A stretch of 64,000 nt of DNA from an uncultured Actinomycetota bacterium (GTDB taxonomy: Bacteria; Actinomycetota; Actinomycetes; Propionibacteriales; Nocardioidaceae): positions 6,629 through 70,628 of the forward strand of contig CAVVID010000018.1 in the NCBI GenBank assembly GCA_963748185.1, in the 5' to 3' direction. This document shows, one piece after another, positions 20,327-31,032 of the stretch. The position numbers and the translations under genes are program-made. The notes beneath the pieces were generated by a model. That model did no database searches. It worked only from the letters and a program-made list of their open reading frames with translations, and had not been told where the DNA came from. Every line of letters begins with the position of its first letter. Position 1 is the first letter of the stretch.

Positions 20327-21934
20327 GTGATGACCCAGATGGACGTGCAGCCGGTCGAGAAGGGTGAGCCGGCCCACGACCTCGACGGGCGCGGCGAGAG
20401 CGGTGTTCCTCCCATCGTCGAGATGCACGACATCCACATCGCCTTCGGCGGGGTTCCCGCACTCAGCGGGGTCGACCTTCGCCTCTTCCCGGGCGAGGTG
20501 CACGCCCTGATGGGGGAGAACGGCGCGGGGAAGTCGACGATGATCAAGGCGCTCACCGGCGTCTACAGCATCGACTCCGGCACCATCAAGGTCGCCGGCG
20601 CCGAGCAGACGTTCTCCTCGCCCGCAGCCTCCCAGGACGCCGGCATCAGCACGGTCTACCAGGAGATCAACCTGTGCACGAACCTCTCCGTGGCCGAGAA
20701 CATGATGCTGGGCCGCGAACCTCGCAGGTTCGGTGGCATCAACGGCAAGGCGATGCGGCGCCGGGCAGGGGAGACCCTCCAGCGCCTTGGTCTGAACATC
20801 GACCCGGCATCCCAGCTGGGCGAGCACCCCATCGCCGTACAGCAGCTGGTCGCCATCGCCCGCGCGGTCGACGTGGACTGCAAGGTGCTCATCCTCGACG
20901 AGCCGACCTCCAGCCTGGACTCCGACGAGGTGGCCAAGCTGTTCGAGGTGATGCGCAGGCTCCGCGACCAGGGAGTCGCGATCGTCTTCGTCTCCCACTT
21001 CCTGGACCAGATCTTCGAGATCAGTGACCGCTTGACGGTGTTGCGCAACGGCGCCCTCGTGGGTGAACGGATGACGCGTGACGTCTCGGAGATCGAGCTG
21101 GTGCGGATGATGATCGGCCGCGAGCTCGAGGCGCTGGAACGCATCGACCGAGAGATCGCCTCCACCGACGTGCAGGAGACCGGGACCCCACTGCTGAAGG
21201 CGCTCCGCCTGGGTCGCAAGGGTTCCCTTGAGGCCGTGGACCTCGACGTCTTCGAGGGCGAGGTCATCGGGGTCGCGGGGCTGTTGGGCTCTGGCCGGAC
21301 CGAGCTGGCCCGGTTGCTGTTCGGCGCGGACACCGCCGACACCGGTGAGCTGGAGGTGCGGGCGAAGAAGCACCGCTTCCGCAGTCCACGGCACGCGATC
21401 GACAGCAAGATCGCGTTCTCGAGTGAGAACCGCCGTGCCGAGGGAGTGATCGAGGACCTGACCGTCGCCGACAACATGCTGCTGGCCCTGCAGGCGACGC
21501 GTGGTTGGCTGCGTCCGATCCCGCAGGCGACCCGCAACCGGCTCGCCACGCAGTACATCGAGGCGCTCGATGTACGACCTGCCAACCCGAACGCCGTGAT
21601 GCGCACGCTCAGCGGCGGGAACCAGCAGAAGGTGCTGCTGGCCAGGTGGCTGATCACCGAGCCGGAGCTGCTCATCCTCGACGAGCCGACGCGTGGCATC
21701 GACATCGGCGCGAAGACCCAGATCCAGGGGCTGGTCGCCGATCTGTCCCGCAAGGGCATGGCGGTGGTCTTCATCTCGGCCGAGCTCGAGGAGGTGCTTC
21801 GCCTCAGCGACCGGCTGGTGGTGATGCGCGACCGCCGGAAGATCGACGAACGACCCAATGACGACGTCACGCTCAGCGACGTGCTCGAGATCATCGCGGG
21901 TGAGGCCCGCGCCGAGGAGACCACCGATGCCTGA
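20327..21934 (+). CDS. ytfR: Sugar ABC transporter ATP-binding protein (double ABC domain)
   Basis: GENGAGKST, LILDEPT twice, LSGGNQQK. Confidence 0.93.
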   Translation: MMTQMDVQPVEKGEPAHDLDGRGESGVPPIVEMHDIHIAFGGVPALSGVDLRLFPGEVHALMGENGAGKSTMIKALTGVYSIDSGTIKVAGAEQTFSSPAASQDAGISTVYQEINLCTNLSVAENMMLGREPRRFGGINGKAMRRRAGETLQRLGLNIDPASQLGEHPIAVQQLVAIARAVDVDCKVLILDEPTSSLDSDEVAKLFEVMRRLRDQGVAIVFVSHFLDQIFEISDRLTVLRNGALVGERMTRDVSEIELVRMMIGRELEALERIDREIASTDVQETGTPLLKALRLGRKGSLEAVDLDVFEGEVIGVAGLLGSGRTELARLLFGADTADTGELEVRAKKHRFRSPRHAIDSKIAFSSENRRAEGVIEDLTVADNMLLALQATRGWLRPIPQATRNRLATQYIEALDVRPANPNAVMRTLSGGNQQKVLLARWLITEPELLILDEPTRGIDIGAKTQIQGLVADLSRKGMAVVFISAELEEVLRLSDRLVVMRDRRKIDERPNDDVTLSDVLEIIAGEARAEETTDA

Positions 21935-22982
21935 GGCAGCCCCCAGCCGAGCCGCGACGCTCGCGAGCAAGCCCCTGCTGTGGCCGGTGCTGGCGCTCGT
22001 CGCGCTGCTCGTGATCAACGTGATCGCGAACCCGTCCTTCCTCAGCATCCGGATGCAGGACGGGCACCTCTACGGAAACCTCATCGACATCCTGCGCAAC
22101 GGTGCGCCAGTGCTGCTGATCGCGCTGGGGATGACGCTCGTGATCGCCACCCGCGGCATCGACCTCTCAGTGGGTGCCGTGGCTGCCATCTCGGGAGCCG
22201 TCGCGTGTGTCTACATCGCCGGTGCAGAAGACCAGGGGTCGGTGTCAACGGCGATCGTCGCCTGCACGATGGCCCTCGGAGTCTGTGTCCTCCTCGGCCT
22301 CTGGAACGGCTTCCTGGTCTCGGTGCTGGGGATCCAGCCGATCATCGCGACCCTGGTCCTGATGACCGCCGGCCGCGGTCTCGCGATGCTCGTCACCGAC
22401 GGGCAGATCACCACCGTCAACAACGACGCCTTCGCCGGCCTCGGCGTCGGGTTCGTGGCGACACTGCCGGTGGCGATCCTGGTGGCGCTGGCCGTGTTCG
22501 CGCTCACCGCGCTCGTCACACGTCGTACGGCGCTGGGCATGCTCATCGAGTCGGTCGGCATCAACCCGGAGGCGAGCCGCCTCGCCGGAGTGCGCGCGCG
22601 CACGATCATCTGGACGGTGTACGTGTTCGTGGCCGTGTGTGCCGGGATCGCCGGATTGATGATCGCGGGCAACACCAGTGCAGCGGACGCGAACAACGCC
22701 GGGCTCTGGATCGAGCTCGACGCGATCCTCGCGGTGGTGATCGGCGGTACGTCGCTGGCGGGCGGGCGTTTCTCCCTGACCGGCACCCTCGTCGGCGCGA
22801 TGCTCATCCAGACGCTGGCGACCACGATCCCGAACATCGGGATCCCGGCCCAGTCCAACTACCTGTTCAAGGCGGTCGTCGTCATCCTCGTGTGCCTCGT
22901 CCAGTCGCCGAAGGCCCGCGCGGCCTTCCGTGTACGACGCACCGGTGGCGGTGTCTTCATGACGAAGGCAGGCGCAGCATGA
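21927..22982 (+). CDS. ytfT: Sugar ABC transporter permease
   Basis: GMTLVIATRGIDLSVG, IQPIIATL, ELDAILAVVIGGT. Confidence 0.9.
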   Translation: MPEAAPSRAATLASKPLLWPVLALVALLVINVIANPSFLSIRMQDGHLYGNLIDILRNGAPVLLIALGMTLVIATRGIDLSVGAVAAISGAVACVYIAGAEDQGSVSTAIVACTMALGVCVLLGLWNGFLVSVLGIQPIIATLVLMTAGRGLAMLVTDGQITTVNNDAFAGLGVGFVATLPVAILVALAVFALTALVTRRTALGMLIESVGINPEASRLAGVRARTIIWTVYVFVAVCAGIAGLMIAGNTSAADANNAGLWIELDAILAVVIGGTSLAGGRFSLTGTLVGAMLIQTLATTIPNIGIPAQSNYLFKAVVVILVCLVQSPKARAAFRVRRTGGGVFMTKAGAA

Positions 22983-23983
22983 GCGCCGCCACCGCCACCG
23001 GCTCCAGCACCTGGGAGCGGGTCCGCACCTACTCACCCCCGTCGCAGTACCTGCCGGTGCTCGCCACGTTCGCGCTGTTCGTGGGGATGTTCGCCGCTGG
23101 CGGTGTGCGCTACGAGGGCTTCGCCTCTCCGCAGGTCTTCCTGAACCTGTTCGTGGACAACGCCTTCCTGATCGTCCTCGCGGTGGGCATGACCTTCGTG
23201 ATCCTCACCGGGGGCATCGACCTGAGCGTCGGGTCGGCCGTCGCCCTGTCGACCGTCGTGGCCGCTCGTACGCTCGAGGCGGGATGGTCACCCGGCCTCG
23301 CAGTGGCGGCGGTGCTGTTCGTCGGCACGACCATGGGCCTGATGATGGGGCTGGTCATCCACTACTTCGACATCCAGCCGTTCATCGCCACCCTTGCCGG
23401 GATGTTCCTCGCCCGTGGGCTCTGCTACCTGATCAGCATCGAGTCGATCCCCATCCGCAACGGCACTTTCATCAGCATCGGCTCGGGACAGATCTCGCTG
23501 CCGGGTGGGCTCTACTTCACCTGGGGCGCGGTGCTGGCCCTGGTGACCGTCGCCGTCGCGGCGTGGGTGCTGCACCGCACCCGCTTCGGCCGCACGGTCT
23601 ACGCCATCGGTGGCAGTGAGAGCTCCGCGATGCTGATGGGCCTACGGGTGGCCTTCACGAAGGTGATGGTCTACACGATCAGTGGCTTCTGCGCGTCGCT
23701 GGCCGGGCTGCTGTTCTCCCTCTACATGCTCTCCGGCTACAGCCTGCACGCCGTGGGCATGGAGCTCGAGGCGATCGCCGCGGTCGTCATCGGTGGCACG
23801 CTGCTGACCGGCGGACGGGGACTGGTGGTCGGTTCGCTGCTGGGCGTGCTGGTGCTCGGCACGATCCAGACCTTCGTCTCCTTCGACGGCACCCTCAGCT
23901 CGTGGTGGACCAAGATCACGATCGGCGTACTTCTGCTCGCGTTCGTGGTCATGCAGCGGTTCGTCACCAGGCGACAGACATGA
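22979..23983 (+). CDS. yjfF: Sugar ABC transporter permease
   Basis: GMTFVILTGGIDLSVG, RTRFGRTVYAIGG, LSSWWTKI. Confidence 0.9.
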   Translation: MSAATATGSSTWERVRTYSPPSQYLPVLATFALFVGMFAAGGVRYEGFASPQVFLNLFVDNAFLIVLAVGMTFVILTGGIDLSVGSAVALSTVVAARTLEAGWSPGLAVAAVLFVGTTMGLMMGLVIHYFDIQPFIATLAGMFLARGLCYLISIESIPIRNGTFISIGSGQISLPGGLYFTWGAVLALVTVAVAAWVLHRTRFGRTVYAIGGSESSAMLMGLRVAFTKVMVYTISGFCASLAGLLFSLYMLSGYSLHAVGMELEAIAAVVIGGTLLTGGRGLVVGSLLGVLVLGTIQTFVSFDGTLSSWWTKITIGVLLLAFVVMQRFVTRRQT

Positions 23984-25056
23984 CCGACATCGCACCACGT
24001 CCGAAGACCGCCCGGGCCGGTCGTACGCCGGTGATGGCCGACGTGGCACGCCTGGCCGGGGTGTCGCACCAGACGGTGTCGCGGGTGATCAACGGGCACA
24101 GCAGTCTCCGGCCCGCGACCCGCGCGCGCGTCGAGGACGCGATCCGCCAGCTCGGCTACCGGCCGAACACGGTGGCCCGCGCCCTCGTCACGAAGCGGTC
24201 GGCGACGATCGGGGTGATCGCGACCAACGGCGGGCTCTGGGGTCCGTCCACCGTGCACCGCGCGATCCAGGCCGCTGCACGAGAGGCCGGATACTTCGTC
24301 AGCTCGGTGAACCTCCCCGACGTCACCCGGGAGGACCTCGCGGCTGCGGTCGAGCACCTGCGTGACCACAACGTCGAGGGCATCGTGATGATCGCCGCCA
24401 ACGACGAGGCCGTCGACATCGCCCGGCGCCAGGAGACCGGAGGCGTCCCGGTGGTGGTGGTCGAGGGCGACCTGTCGCGCGCGCCGTGGACGGTCGGGGT
24501 CGACCAGGTCGCCGGCGCGCGGATGGCGACCGAACACCTGCTCTCCCTGGGTCACGAGCAAGTGATGCACGTGGCCGGTCCCCAGCACTGGGAGGAGGCC
24601 CGGGCCCGGCTCGCCGGGTGGCGCGAGTCCGTCCAGGCCGTCGGCCTCAAGCCGCTCGAACCGTTGCTGGGTGACTGGACCGCCGAGAGCGGCTACGCCC
24701 TGGGCCAGGCACTGGCCAAGCGTCGCGGGGTCACCGCTGTCTTCGTCGCCAACGACCACATGGCCATTGGGGTCCTGCGCGCCCTGTGGGAAGCCGGTCG
24801 CTCGGTTCCGGACGAGTTCAGCGTCGTCGGGTTCGACGACATCCCCGAGTCGGGCTTCCTGATCCCGCCGCTCACCACGGTCCGTCAGGACTTCGACGCG
24901 GTGGGGCTGCTCGCCATCGAGACGCTCCAGGTCGCCATGCGACCGGAGGACGAGAACGCAGGCGACCACGGTGGAGAGAGCCGCCGTGGTCGCCTGATCA
25001 AGCCGGAGCTGGTGCTCCGTGCCAGCACGGCGCCGGTCCCCGGGAAGAGGGCGTGA
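23980..25056 (+). CDS. LacI-family regulator (AraR-like)
   Basis: MADVARLAGVSHQTVSRVIN HTH; VVGFDDIPE, LTTVRQDF; embedded in the ara operon. Confidence 0.92.
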   Translation: MTDIAPRPKTARAGRTPVMADVARLAGVSHQTVSRVINGHSSLRPATRARVEDAIRQLGYRPNTVARALVTKRSATIGVIATNGGLWGPSTVHRAIQAAAREAGYFVSSVNLPDVTREDLAAAVEHLRDHNVEGIVMIAANDEAVDIARRQETGGVPVVVVEGDLSRAPWTVGVDQVAGARMATEHLLSLGHEQVMHVAGPQHWEEARARLAGWRESVQAVGLKPLEPLLGDWTAESGYALGQALAKRRGVTAVFVANDHMAIGVLRALWEAGRSVPDEFSVVGFDDIPESGFLIPPLTTVRQDFDAVGLLAIETLQVAMRPEDENAGDHGGESRRGRLIKPELVLRASTAPVPGKRA

Positions 25057-26798
25057 TCGAGTTGTCCTCCGAGCAGACCCACGAGGGCGCCGTCGTCGTC
25101 GGCGTGGACTTCGGCACCCTGTCCGGTCGCGCCCTGGTCGTACGGGTCGCCGACGGCGAGGAGCTCGGCACCGCCACGCACGACTACGCGCACGCCGTAC
25201 TCGACGACGCGCTTCCCTCAGGCACGCAGCTCGAGCCCGAGTGGGCGCTGCAGGTGCCCGAGGACTACCGCGACGTGCTGCGCATCGCCGTACCCGCAGC
25301 TGTTGCTGCTGCCGGTGTCGACCCGTCTCAGGTCATCGGCATCGCGACCGACTTCACCGCCTGCACGATGGTGCCGACGCTCGCGGACGGCACGCCGCTC
25401 TGCGAGATCGAGGAGTACGCCGACCGCCCGCACGCCTACGTGAAGCTCTGGCGCCATCACGCCGCGCAGGCGCAGGCTGACCGGATCAATGAGCTGGCCG
25501 AAGCCCGTAGTGAGTCGTGGCTGCCGCGCTATGGCGGGCTGATCTCCTCGGAGTGGGAGTTCGCGAAGGGGCTGCAGGTCTTCGAGGAGGACGCCGAGAT
25601 CTATCACCGGATGGAGCGGTGGGTCGAGGTCTCCGACTGGATCGTGTGGCAGCTGTGCGGCAGCTACGTCCGCAACGCCTGCACGGCTGGCTACAAGGGG
25701 ATCCTGCAGGACGGGAAGTACCCGAGCGAGGAGTTCCTCGAGGAGCTCGCGCCGGGCTTCGGCTCCTTCGTCGCCGACAAGGTCGACCACCCCATCGGTC
25801 AGCTCGGCGGCCGCGCCGGTGGCCTGACGGCGGAGGCTGCCGCGTGGACAGGCCTGCCCGAGGGGATCGCGGTAGCGGTCGGCAACGTGGATGCACACGT
25901 CACCGCACCGGCGGCGCGGGCCGTCGACCCCGGGCAGATGGTGGCCATCATGGGCACGTCTACCTGCCACGTGATGAGCTCCGACCGGCTGGCCGAGGTG
26001 CCGGGCATGTGCGGCGTCGTCGACGGCGGCATCGTCTCCGGCAGCTGGGGCTACGAGGCCGGGCAGAGCGGCGTGGGGGACATCTTCGGTTGGTTCGTCA
26101 AGACCGGTGTGCCCGCGTCGTACGCCGAGGCCGCGGAGCGCTCAGGCGAGACGCTCCACGAGCTGCTGACCAGGCTCGCGAGCGACCAGGAGGTGGGGGA
26201 GCACGGGCTGGTCGCGCTCGACTGGCACAGCGGCAACCGCTCCGTCCTCGTCGACCACCAGCTCTCGGGACTTGTCGTGGGGCAGACGCTCGCGACCAGG
26301 CCGGAGGACACCTATCGCGCCCTGCTCGAGGCGACTGCCTTCGGCACCCGCGTGATCGTGGAGACGTTCCGCGACGCAGGCGTGCCGGTCACCGAGTTCA
26401 TCGTCGCGGGCGGACTGGCCAAGAACCCGCTGCTGATGCAGATCTATGCCGACGTGCTCCGTCTCCCGCTGTCGGTGATCGGCTCGGCGCAGGGTCCTGC
26501 GCTCGGCTCGGCCATCCACGCGGCCGTCGCCGCCGGTGCCTACCCCGACGTGCGTGCGGCCGCCCAGCAGATGGGAAGGGTGCGCCCGCGTGCCTACGAG
26601 CCGCAAGAGTCGCGGTCCCGCTCCTACGACCGGCTGTTCGCGGAGTACCTCGAGCTGCACGACCACTTCGGCCGCGGGGTGGCTGCCATGCGGCGACTCA
26701 AGGGGATACGTCGCGACGCCGTCGCGCAGCGCCTCGCGAACGGTCGTGCGGAAGCGCCCGCGCCTGTCGAGCAGGAGAGCCAGGGGGTGTCGGCATGA
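25053..26798 (+). CDS. araB: Ribulokinase
   Basis: VGVDFGTLSGRA, WALQVPEDY, HAYVKLWRHHAAQ, GTSTCH, EAGQSGVGDIFGW, DWHSGNRS. Confidence 0.95.
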   Translation: MIELSSEQTHEGAVVVGVDFGTLSGRALVVRVADGEELGTATHDYAHAVLDDALPSGTQLEPEWALQVPEDYRDVLRIAVPAAVAAAGVDPSQVIGIATDFTACTMVPTLADGTPLCEIEEYADRPHAYVKLWRHHAAQAQADRINELAEARSESWLPRYGGLISSEWEFAKGLQVFEEDAEIYHRMERWVEVSDWIVWQLCGSYVRNACTAGYKGILQDGKYPSEEFLEELAPGFGSFVADKVDHPIGQLGGRAGGLTAEAAAWTGLPEGIAVAVGNVDAHVTAPAARAVDPGQMVAIMGTSTCHVMSSDRLAEVPGMCGVVDGGIVSGSWGYEAGQSGVGDIFGWFVKTGVPASYAEAAERSGETLHELLTRLASDQEVGEHGLVALDWHSGNRSVLVDHQLSGLVVGQTLATRPEDTYRALLEATAFGTRVIVETFRDAGVPVTEFIVAGGLAKNPLLMQIYADVLRLPLSVIGSAQGPALGSAIHAAVAAGAYPDVRAAAQQMGRVRPRAYEPQESRSRSYDRLFAEYLELHDHFGRGVAAMRRLKGIRRDAVAQRLANGRAEAPAPVEQESQGVSA

Positions 26799-27472
26799 CG
26801 GCCGTCTCCGAGGTCGCGGCGACGATCCAGACCCTGCGCCAGGAGGTCTGCGCGCTGCATGGTCAGCTCACGCACTACCAGCTGGTCGTGTGGACGGCGG
26901 GCAACGTGTCGGCCCGGGTGCCGGGGCAGGACCTGCTGGTGATCAAGCCGAGCGGGGTGGCCTACGACGAGCTGACTCCGGAGAACATGGTGGTCTGCGA
27001 CCTGTCGGGACGAGTTGTTGAGGGTGAGCACTCCCCGTCGTCGGACACGGAGGCCCAGGCGTACGTCTACCGACACCTGCCACACGTGGGTGGCGTGGTG
27101 CACACCCACTCGACGTACGCGACCGCGTGGGCGGCCCGTGGCGAGCCGATCCCGTGCGTCCTGACGATGGTTGCCGACGAGTTCGGCGGCGACATCCCGG
27201 TCGGCCCGTTCGCGGTCATCGGCGACGACTCGATCGGCCGCGGGATCGTCGAGACGCTGCGCGAGAGCCGCTCGGCCGCCGTACTCATGCAGAACCACGG
27301 TGTGTTCACCATCGGCCCGACCGCACGAGCCGCGGTGAAGGCCGCTGTGATGTGCGAGGACGTGGCCCGGACCGTGCACATCTCGCGCCAGCTCGGGCAG
27401 CCGATCCCGATCGAGCAGTCGTACGTCGACCAGCTCCACGATCGCTACCAGAACGTCTACGGCCAGCCCTGA
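26795..27472 (+). CDS. araD: L-ribulose-5-phosphate 4-epimerase
   Basis: [43 protein letters not shown]. Confidence 0.95.
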   Translation: MTAVSEVAATIQTLRQEVCALHGQLTHYQLVVWTAGNVSARVPGQDLLVIKPSGVAYDELTPENMVVCDLSGRVVEGEHSPSSDTEAQAYVYRHLPHVGGVVHTHSTYATAWAARGEPIPCVLTMVADEFGGDIPVGPFAVIGDDSIGRGIVETLRESRSAAVLMQNHGVFTIGPTARAAVKAAVMCEDVARTVHISRQLGQPIPIEQSYVDQLHDRYQNVYGQP

Positions 27473-27521
27473 CCCGCGTCCGTCCCCGCCCCTCGAAGAC
27501 GATCGACCCCGGAGGTCCAGC

Positions 27522-29027
27522 ATGGCCAGCACCGCCCCACCGACGGCTGAGGTCTGGTTCCTCACCGGCAGCCAGGACCTCTACGGGCCCGAGACCCTGG
27601 ACCAGGTCGCCGACCAGTCCCGTGCCATCGCGGAACGCCTTTCCGCGCAGCTGCCCGTCCGGGTGGTGTGGAAGCCGGTCCTCCTCGACTCCGTGTCGAT
27701 CCACCGCCAGATGCTCGACGCCAACAGCGCCGACGACTGTGTCGGTGTGATCGCGTGGATGCACACGTTCTCCCCGGCGAAGATGTGGATCTCCGGGCTG
27801 GACGCGCTGCAGAAACCACTGCTGCACCTGCACACCCAGGCGGGGATGGCGCTGCCGTGGTCCACGATCGACATGGACTTCATGAACCTCAACCAGGCCG
27901 CCCACGGTGACCGGGAGTTCGGCTACATCCAGACGCGTCTCAGTGTCCCCCGCAAGACCGTCGCGGGCCACGTGGACTCCCCGGCCGTGGCCTGCCGAGT
28001 CGAGTTCTGGGCCCGTGCCGCGCTCGGCCGGCACGAGCTGCGCCGGCTCAGCCTGGCGCGCTTCGGCGACAACATGCGCAACGTCGCTGTGACCGAGGGT
28101 GACAAGGTCGAGGCCCAGCTCCGGTTCGGGGTCTCGGTGAACACCTACGGCGTCAACGATCTCGTCGCCGTCGTCGACCAGGTGCCCGACAAGGACATCG
28201 ACAAGCTGGTCACGGAGTACGCCGACACCTACCGGGTCGCATCCGAGCTGTTGCCGGACGGCGATCGCCACGACTCGCTGCGCTACGGCGCCCGCATCGA
28301 GCTCGGACTGAGGACCTTCCTCGACGAGGGCGGGTTCGATGCGTTCACGACGAACTTCGAGGATCTCGGCGGCCTGCGCCAGCTCCCGGGTCTCGCGGTC
28401 CAGCGGCTGATGGCCGACGGCTACGGGTTCGGCGCCGAGGGTGACTGGAAGACCTCGGTGCTGCTCAGGGCCACCAAGGTGATGGCCTCCGGTCTCGCAG
28501 GCGGCACGTCGTTCATGGAGGACTACACCTACCACCTGGTCCCGGGGGAGGAGAAGATCCTCGGCGCCCACATGCTCGAGGTCTGCCCGACGATCACCAC
28601 CCAGCGGGCCTCCCTGGAGATCCACCCGCTCTCGATCGGCGGGCGCGAGGACCCGGTGCGCCTGAGGTTCACCGCCGACCCGGGAGCAGCCGTGGTCGTC
28701 GGGATCTCCGACCTCGGGGACAGGTTCCGCCTGACCGTCAACGAGATCGACGTGGTCGAGCCCGACGAGGACCTGCCCTCGCTGCCGGTGGCCTGCGCCG
28801 TGTGGGAGCCGCGGCCCTCGCTCTCGACGTCGGCGGAGGCCTGGCTGATGGCCGGGGCCCCGCACCACACCGTGCTTTCCAAGGCGATCGGCGTGGAGGT
28901 GCTGGAGGACTTCGCCGAGATGACCCGCACCGAGCTGGTGGTCATCGATGCGGACACCACCCCGAGGAACTTCCAGCGCGAGCTGCGCTGGAACGCGGCG
29001 TACCACCGACTCGCAGAGTCGCTGTGA
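27522..29027 (+). CDS. araA: L-arabinose isomerase
   Basis: [62 protein letters not shown]. Confidence 0.97.
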   Translation: MASTAPPTAEVWFLTGSQDLYGPETLDQVADQSRAIAERLSAQLPVRVVWKPVLLDSVSIHRQMLDANSADDCVGVIAWMHTFSPAKMWISGLDALQKPLLHLHTQAGMALPWSTIDMDFMNLNQAAHGDREFGYIQTRLSVPRKTVAGHVDSPAVACRVEFWARAALGRHELRRLSLARFGDNMRNVAVTEGDKVEAQLRFGVSVNTYGVNDLVAVVDQVPDKDIDKLVTEYADTYRVASELLPDGDRHDSLRYGARIELGLRTFLDEGGFDAFTTNFEDLGGLRQLPGLAVQRLMADGYGFGAEGDWKTSVLLRATKVMASGLAGGTSFMEDYTYHLVPGEEKILGAHMLEVCPTITTQRASLEIHPLSIGGREDPVRLRFTADPGAAVVVGISDLGDRFRLTVNEIDVVEPDEDLPSLPVACAVWEPRPSLSTSAEAWLMAGAPHHTVLSKAIGVEVLEDFAEMTRTELVVIDADTTPRNFQRELRWNAAYHRLAESL

Positions 29028-29142
29028 CCAGCTCTAGACGCAATCACCGGCCCATGGGAGCAATACCAGTGCCGAACAGCGATCAGCCGCTGGTCCAGAC
29101 AGCCGGGTTCGGGTTCACGTCGAGGCTGTACCGTCCCGCGCC

Positions 29143-29484
29143 GTGAGTGCTCTCGATGGCCTGTACCGCCACCACGACTACACGCTGATCTGGGACGACG
29201 TCGGCGTCACGATCAGCCGATCACGTCAGGCCACCACCAGTCACGTCGGCTGGAACCGGGTTTCCGGCGCGCGGCAGATCGGTGGATCCCCCGGGTTCAT
29301 CCAGCTGCTCGTCCAGGGCCACGTCCCACCCGCCGATCCCGCCGAGGATCCCTTCAGCATCTCGGTGGCCAGCGACGACGACGCCAGACGACTCGTCACA
29401 AACATGGCTTGGCGCCGTACGCCGTCCCCACTGCCGCGTCAGTCCTGGACGCGGTTCGTCCGACGTAACCGCCGCTCGGCATAG
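29143..29484 (+). CDS. Hypothetical protein (possibly bacterial PH-like)
   Basis: 113-aa ORF with coding-like codon use; GVTI..VGW..VSG..PGFIQL pattern. Confidence 0.5.
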   Translation: MSALDGLYRHHDYTLIWDDVGVTISRSRQATTSHVGWNRVSGARQIGGSPGFIQLLVQGHVPPADPAEDPFSISVASDDDARRLVTNMAWRRTPSPLPRQSWTRFVRRNRRSA

Positions 29485-29488
29485 TGCC

Positions 29489-31030
29489 TTACTTGGCGAG
29501 CCAGCGGCGCCGCTTCTTCTTCGACGCCTTGCTCCACTCGCGCACGAACTGGTCGTCGGTCAACACCAGGGCACGCTCCTCGCGGGCGTGCAGCACGCCG
29601 AAGACGAACGCGTTGTCCCCTGTGTCGGCTGCCTCGTCGCCCAGCTCGCGCACTCGCTCCTGGGTCACGAACGCGTCGTGGTGGTCGCCTAGACGTGACT
29701 GCACCCGCTTCATCGCCTTGACGAAACCTCGTGCCTGCTTCCCGTACACGGTGGTCAGGGACTCCGCCGCGTAGCGCACCCGCTTGGCCGCCTTGCGGGC
29801 CTCGTGCAACCGGTGCTCGCGCTCGCCGGGATCCTCCGCCTCGTCGGCGAACGCGACCCGACCGACGAGCCGCTTGTAGTCGTGCCGAACCCGGGCGCGC
29901 AGGACGGAGTGGACGGGCTTGGCAGCCTTGTCACTCCACGGTGGGTCGGTCACCAGCTCGTCGAGCCGGTCGAGCAGGAGGAAGTAGCGATCGGAGCCGA
30001 GCGCCTCCAGCAGCCGTGCTCGAGCCCGGACGTACTCCGCTCCCATCTCCTCGTCCATCCTCCGGTAGCCCGCGCCGCGGATCACCTCCGCAGGCTCCTC
30101 GGCAAGCCTTTCCTCCAGCCGCCCCCGCATCACCTCGGCGTCGCGTGGCTCGCCCAGCACGGCTGCCAGCCACTTGAGCTCCGCGCGGATCGGCTCGGTC
30201 TGCTCACGAATCAGCAGCGGACGGCAGGTGGCGAGCGCGTTGCGCAAGCGGCGTACGGCGACCCGCATCTTGTGTACGGCGTCCGGGGCATCGCGGCGCA
30301 CGAGCGGGTCGTACTCACGGATCACGTCGACCTGCTCGCGCAGCCTGGCCTGCACCACCTGCGCGGCTGGACCATCCCTCGTGGGACTCGGCAACACCTG
30401 CTGGGCACGGGATGGCATCCGGTCGCCCAGCGCCCTGCCCAGCTTTGCGGACTCGCACGGCTTGCCGCCCGAGTCCTCCAACAGGGTCGCCGCAGCCGCG
30501 AGCAGGGCGCCTTCGCCCTCGACCAGCTCGACCTCCCACTCGCGCCACGTCACGGGCTCGGCCTCCCCGATGACCTCGGCGCTGACGTGGTCGTCGCAGA
30601 ACTCGGCCAGTGCCACCCATCTCTTGTCGAGCAGCGTGTGCACGTGCCGCCGGGTGCGGATGACCGCGACTGGTTTCAGCGTCGCGTCCCGGGTGTGCGC
30701 GACGAGCAGCATGCGCAGCGACTTCGGCACCGTCTTGGTCGCTCGCGAGAGGGACTCGTGGACCTCGAACCGGCCATCCTTCATGGGCAGCTTGAGGTGC
30801 CAGCCGGCATCAGACCCTCCCGTACGCCGACGTAGCGTAATCCCGACCGCAGCCAGGGTGAGGTCCGCTGTGTCGAAGTACGTTGCCTCGAGCTCCTCCA
30901 CACCCCCGCGCTTGACCCTCTCGACGCCGGGCACCTGCTCGAGCGCCGGAAGCTCCGTGTCGCTCTCGACGGCGTAGGTGTCTTCGATCTCGTGGTGGTC
31001 CGGTGACGCGGACCCGGCCTGCTCGACCAT
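29489..31030 (-). CDS. CYTH and CHAD domain protein
   Basis: EIE..Y, YFDTADL, LRRRTGGSDAGWHLK, WREWEVEL; VHKMRVAVRRLR, HEARKAAKRVRY, QSRLGDHHD. Confidence 0.93.
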   Translation of the reverse strand: MVEQAGSASPDHHEIEDTYAVESDTELPALEQVPGVERVKRGGVEELEATYFDTADLTLAAVGITLRRRTGGSDAGWHLKLPMKDGRFEVHESLSRATKTVPKSLRMLLVAHTRDATLKPVAVIRTRRHVHTLLDKRWVALAEFCDDHVSAEVIGEAEPVTWREWEVELVEGEGALLAAAATLLEDSGGKPCESAKLGRALGDRMPSRAQQVLPSPTRDGPAAQVVQARLREQVDVIREYDPLVRRDAPDAVHKMRVAVRRLRNALATCRPLLIREQTEPIRAELKWLAAVLGEPRDAEVMRGRLEERLAEEPAEVIRGAGYRRMDEEMGAEYVRARARLLEALGSDRYFLLLDRLDELVTDPPWSDKAAKPVHSVLRARVRHDYKRLVGRVAFADEAEDPGEREHRLHEARKAAKRVRYAAESLTTVYGKQARGFVKAMKRVQSRLGDHHDAFVTQERVRELGDEAADTGDNAFVFGVLHAREERALVLTDDQFVREWSKASKKKRRRWLAK

Positions 31031-31032
31031 CC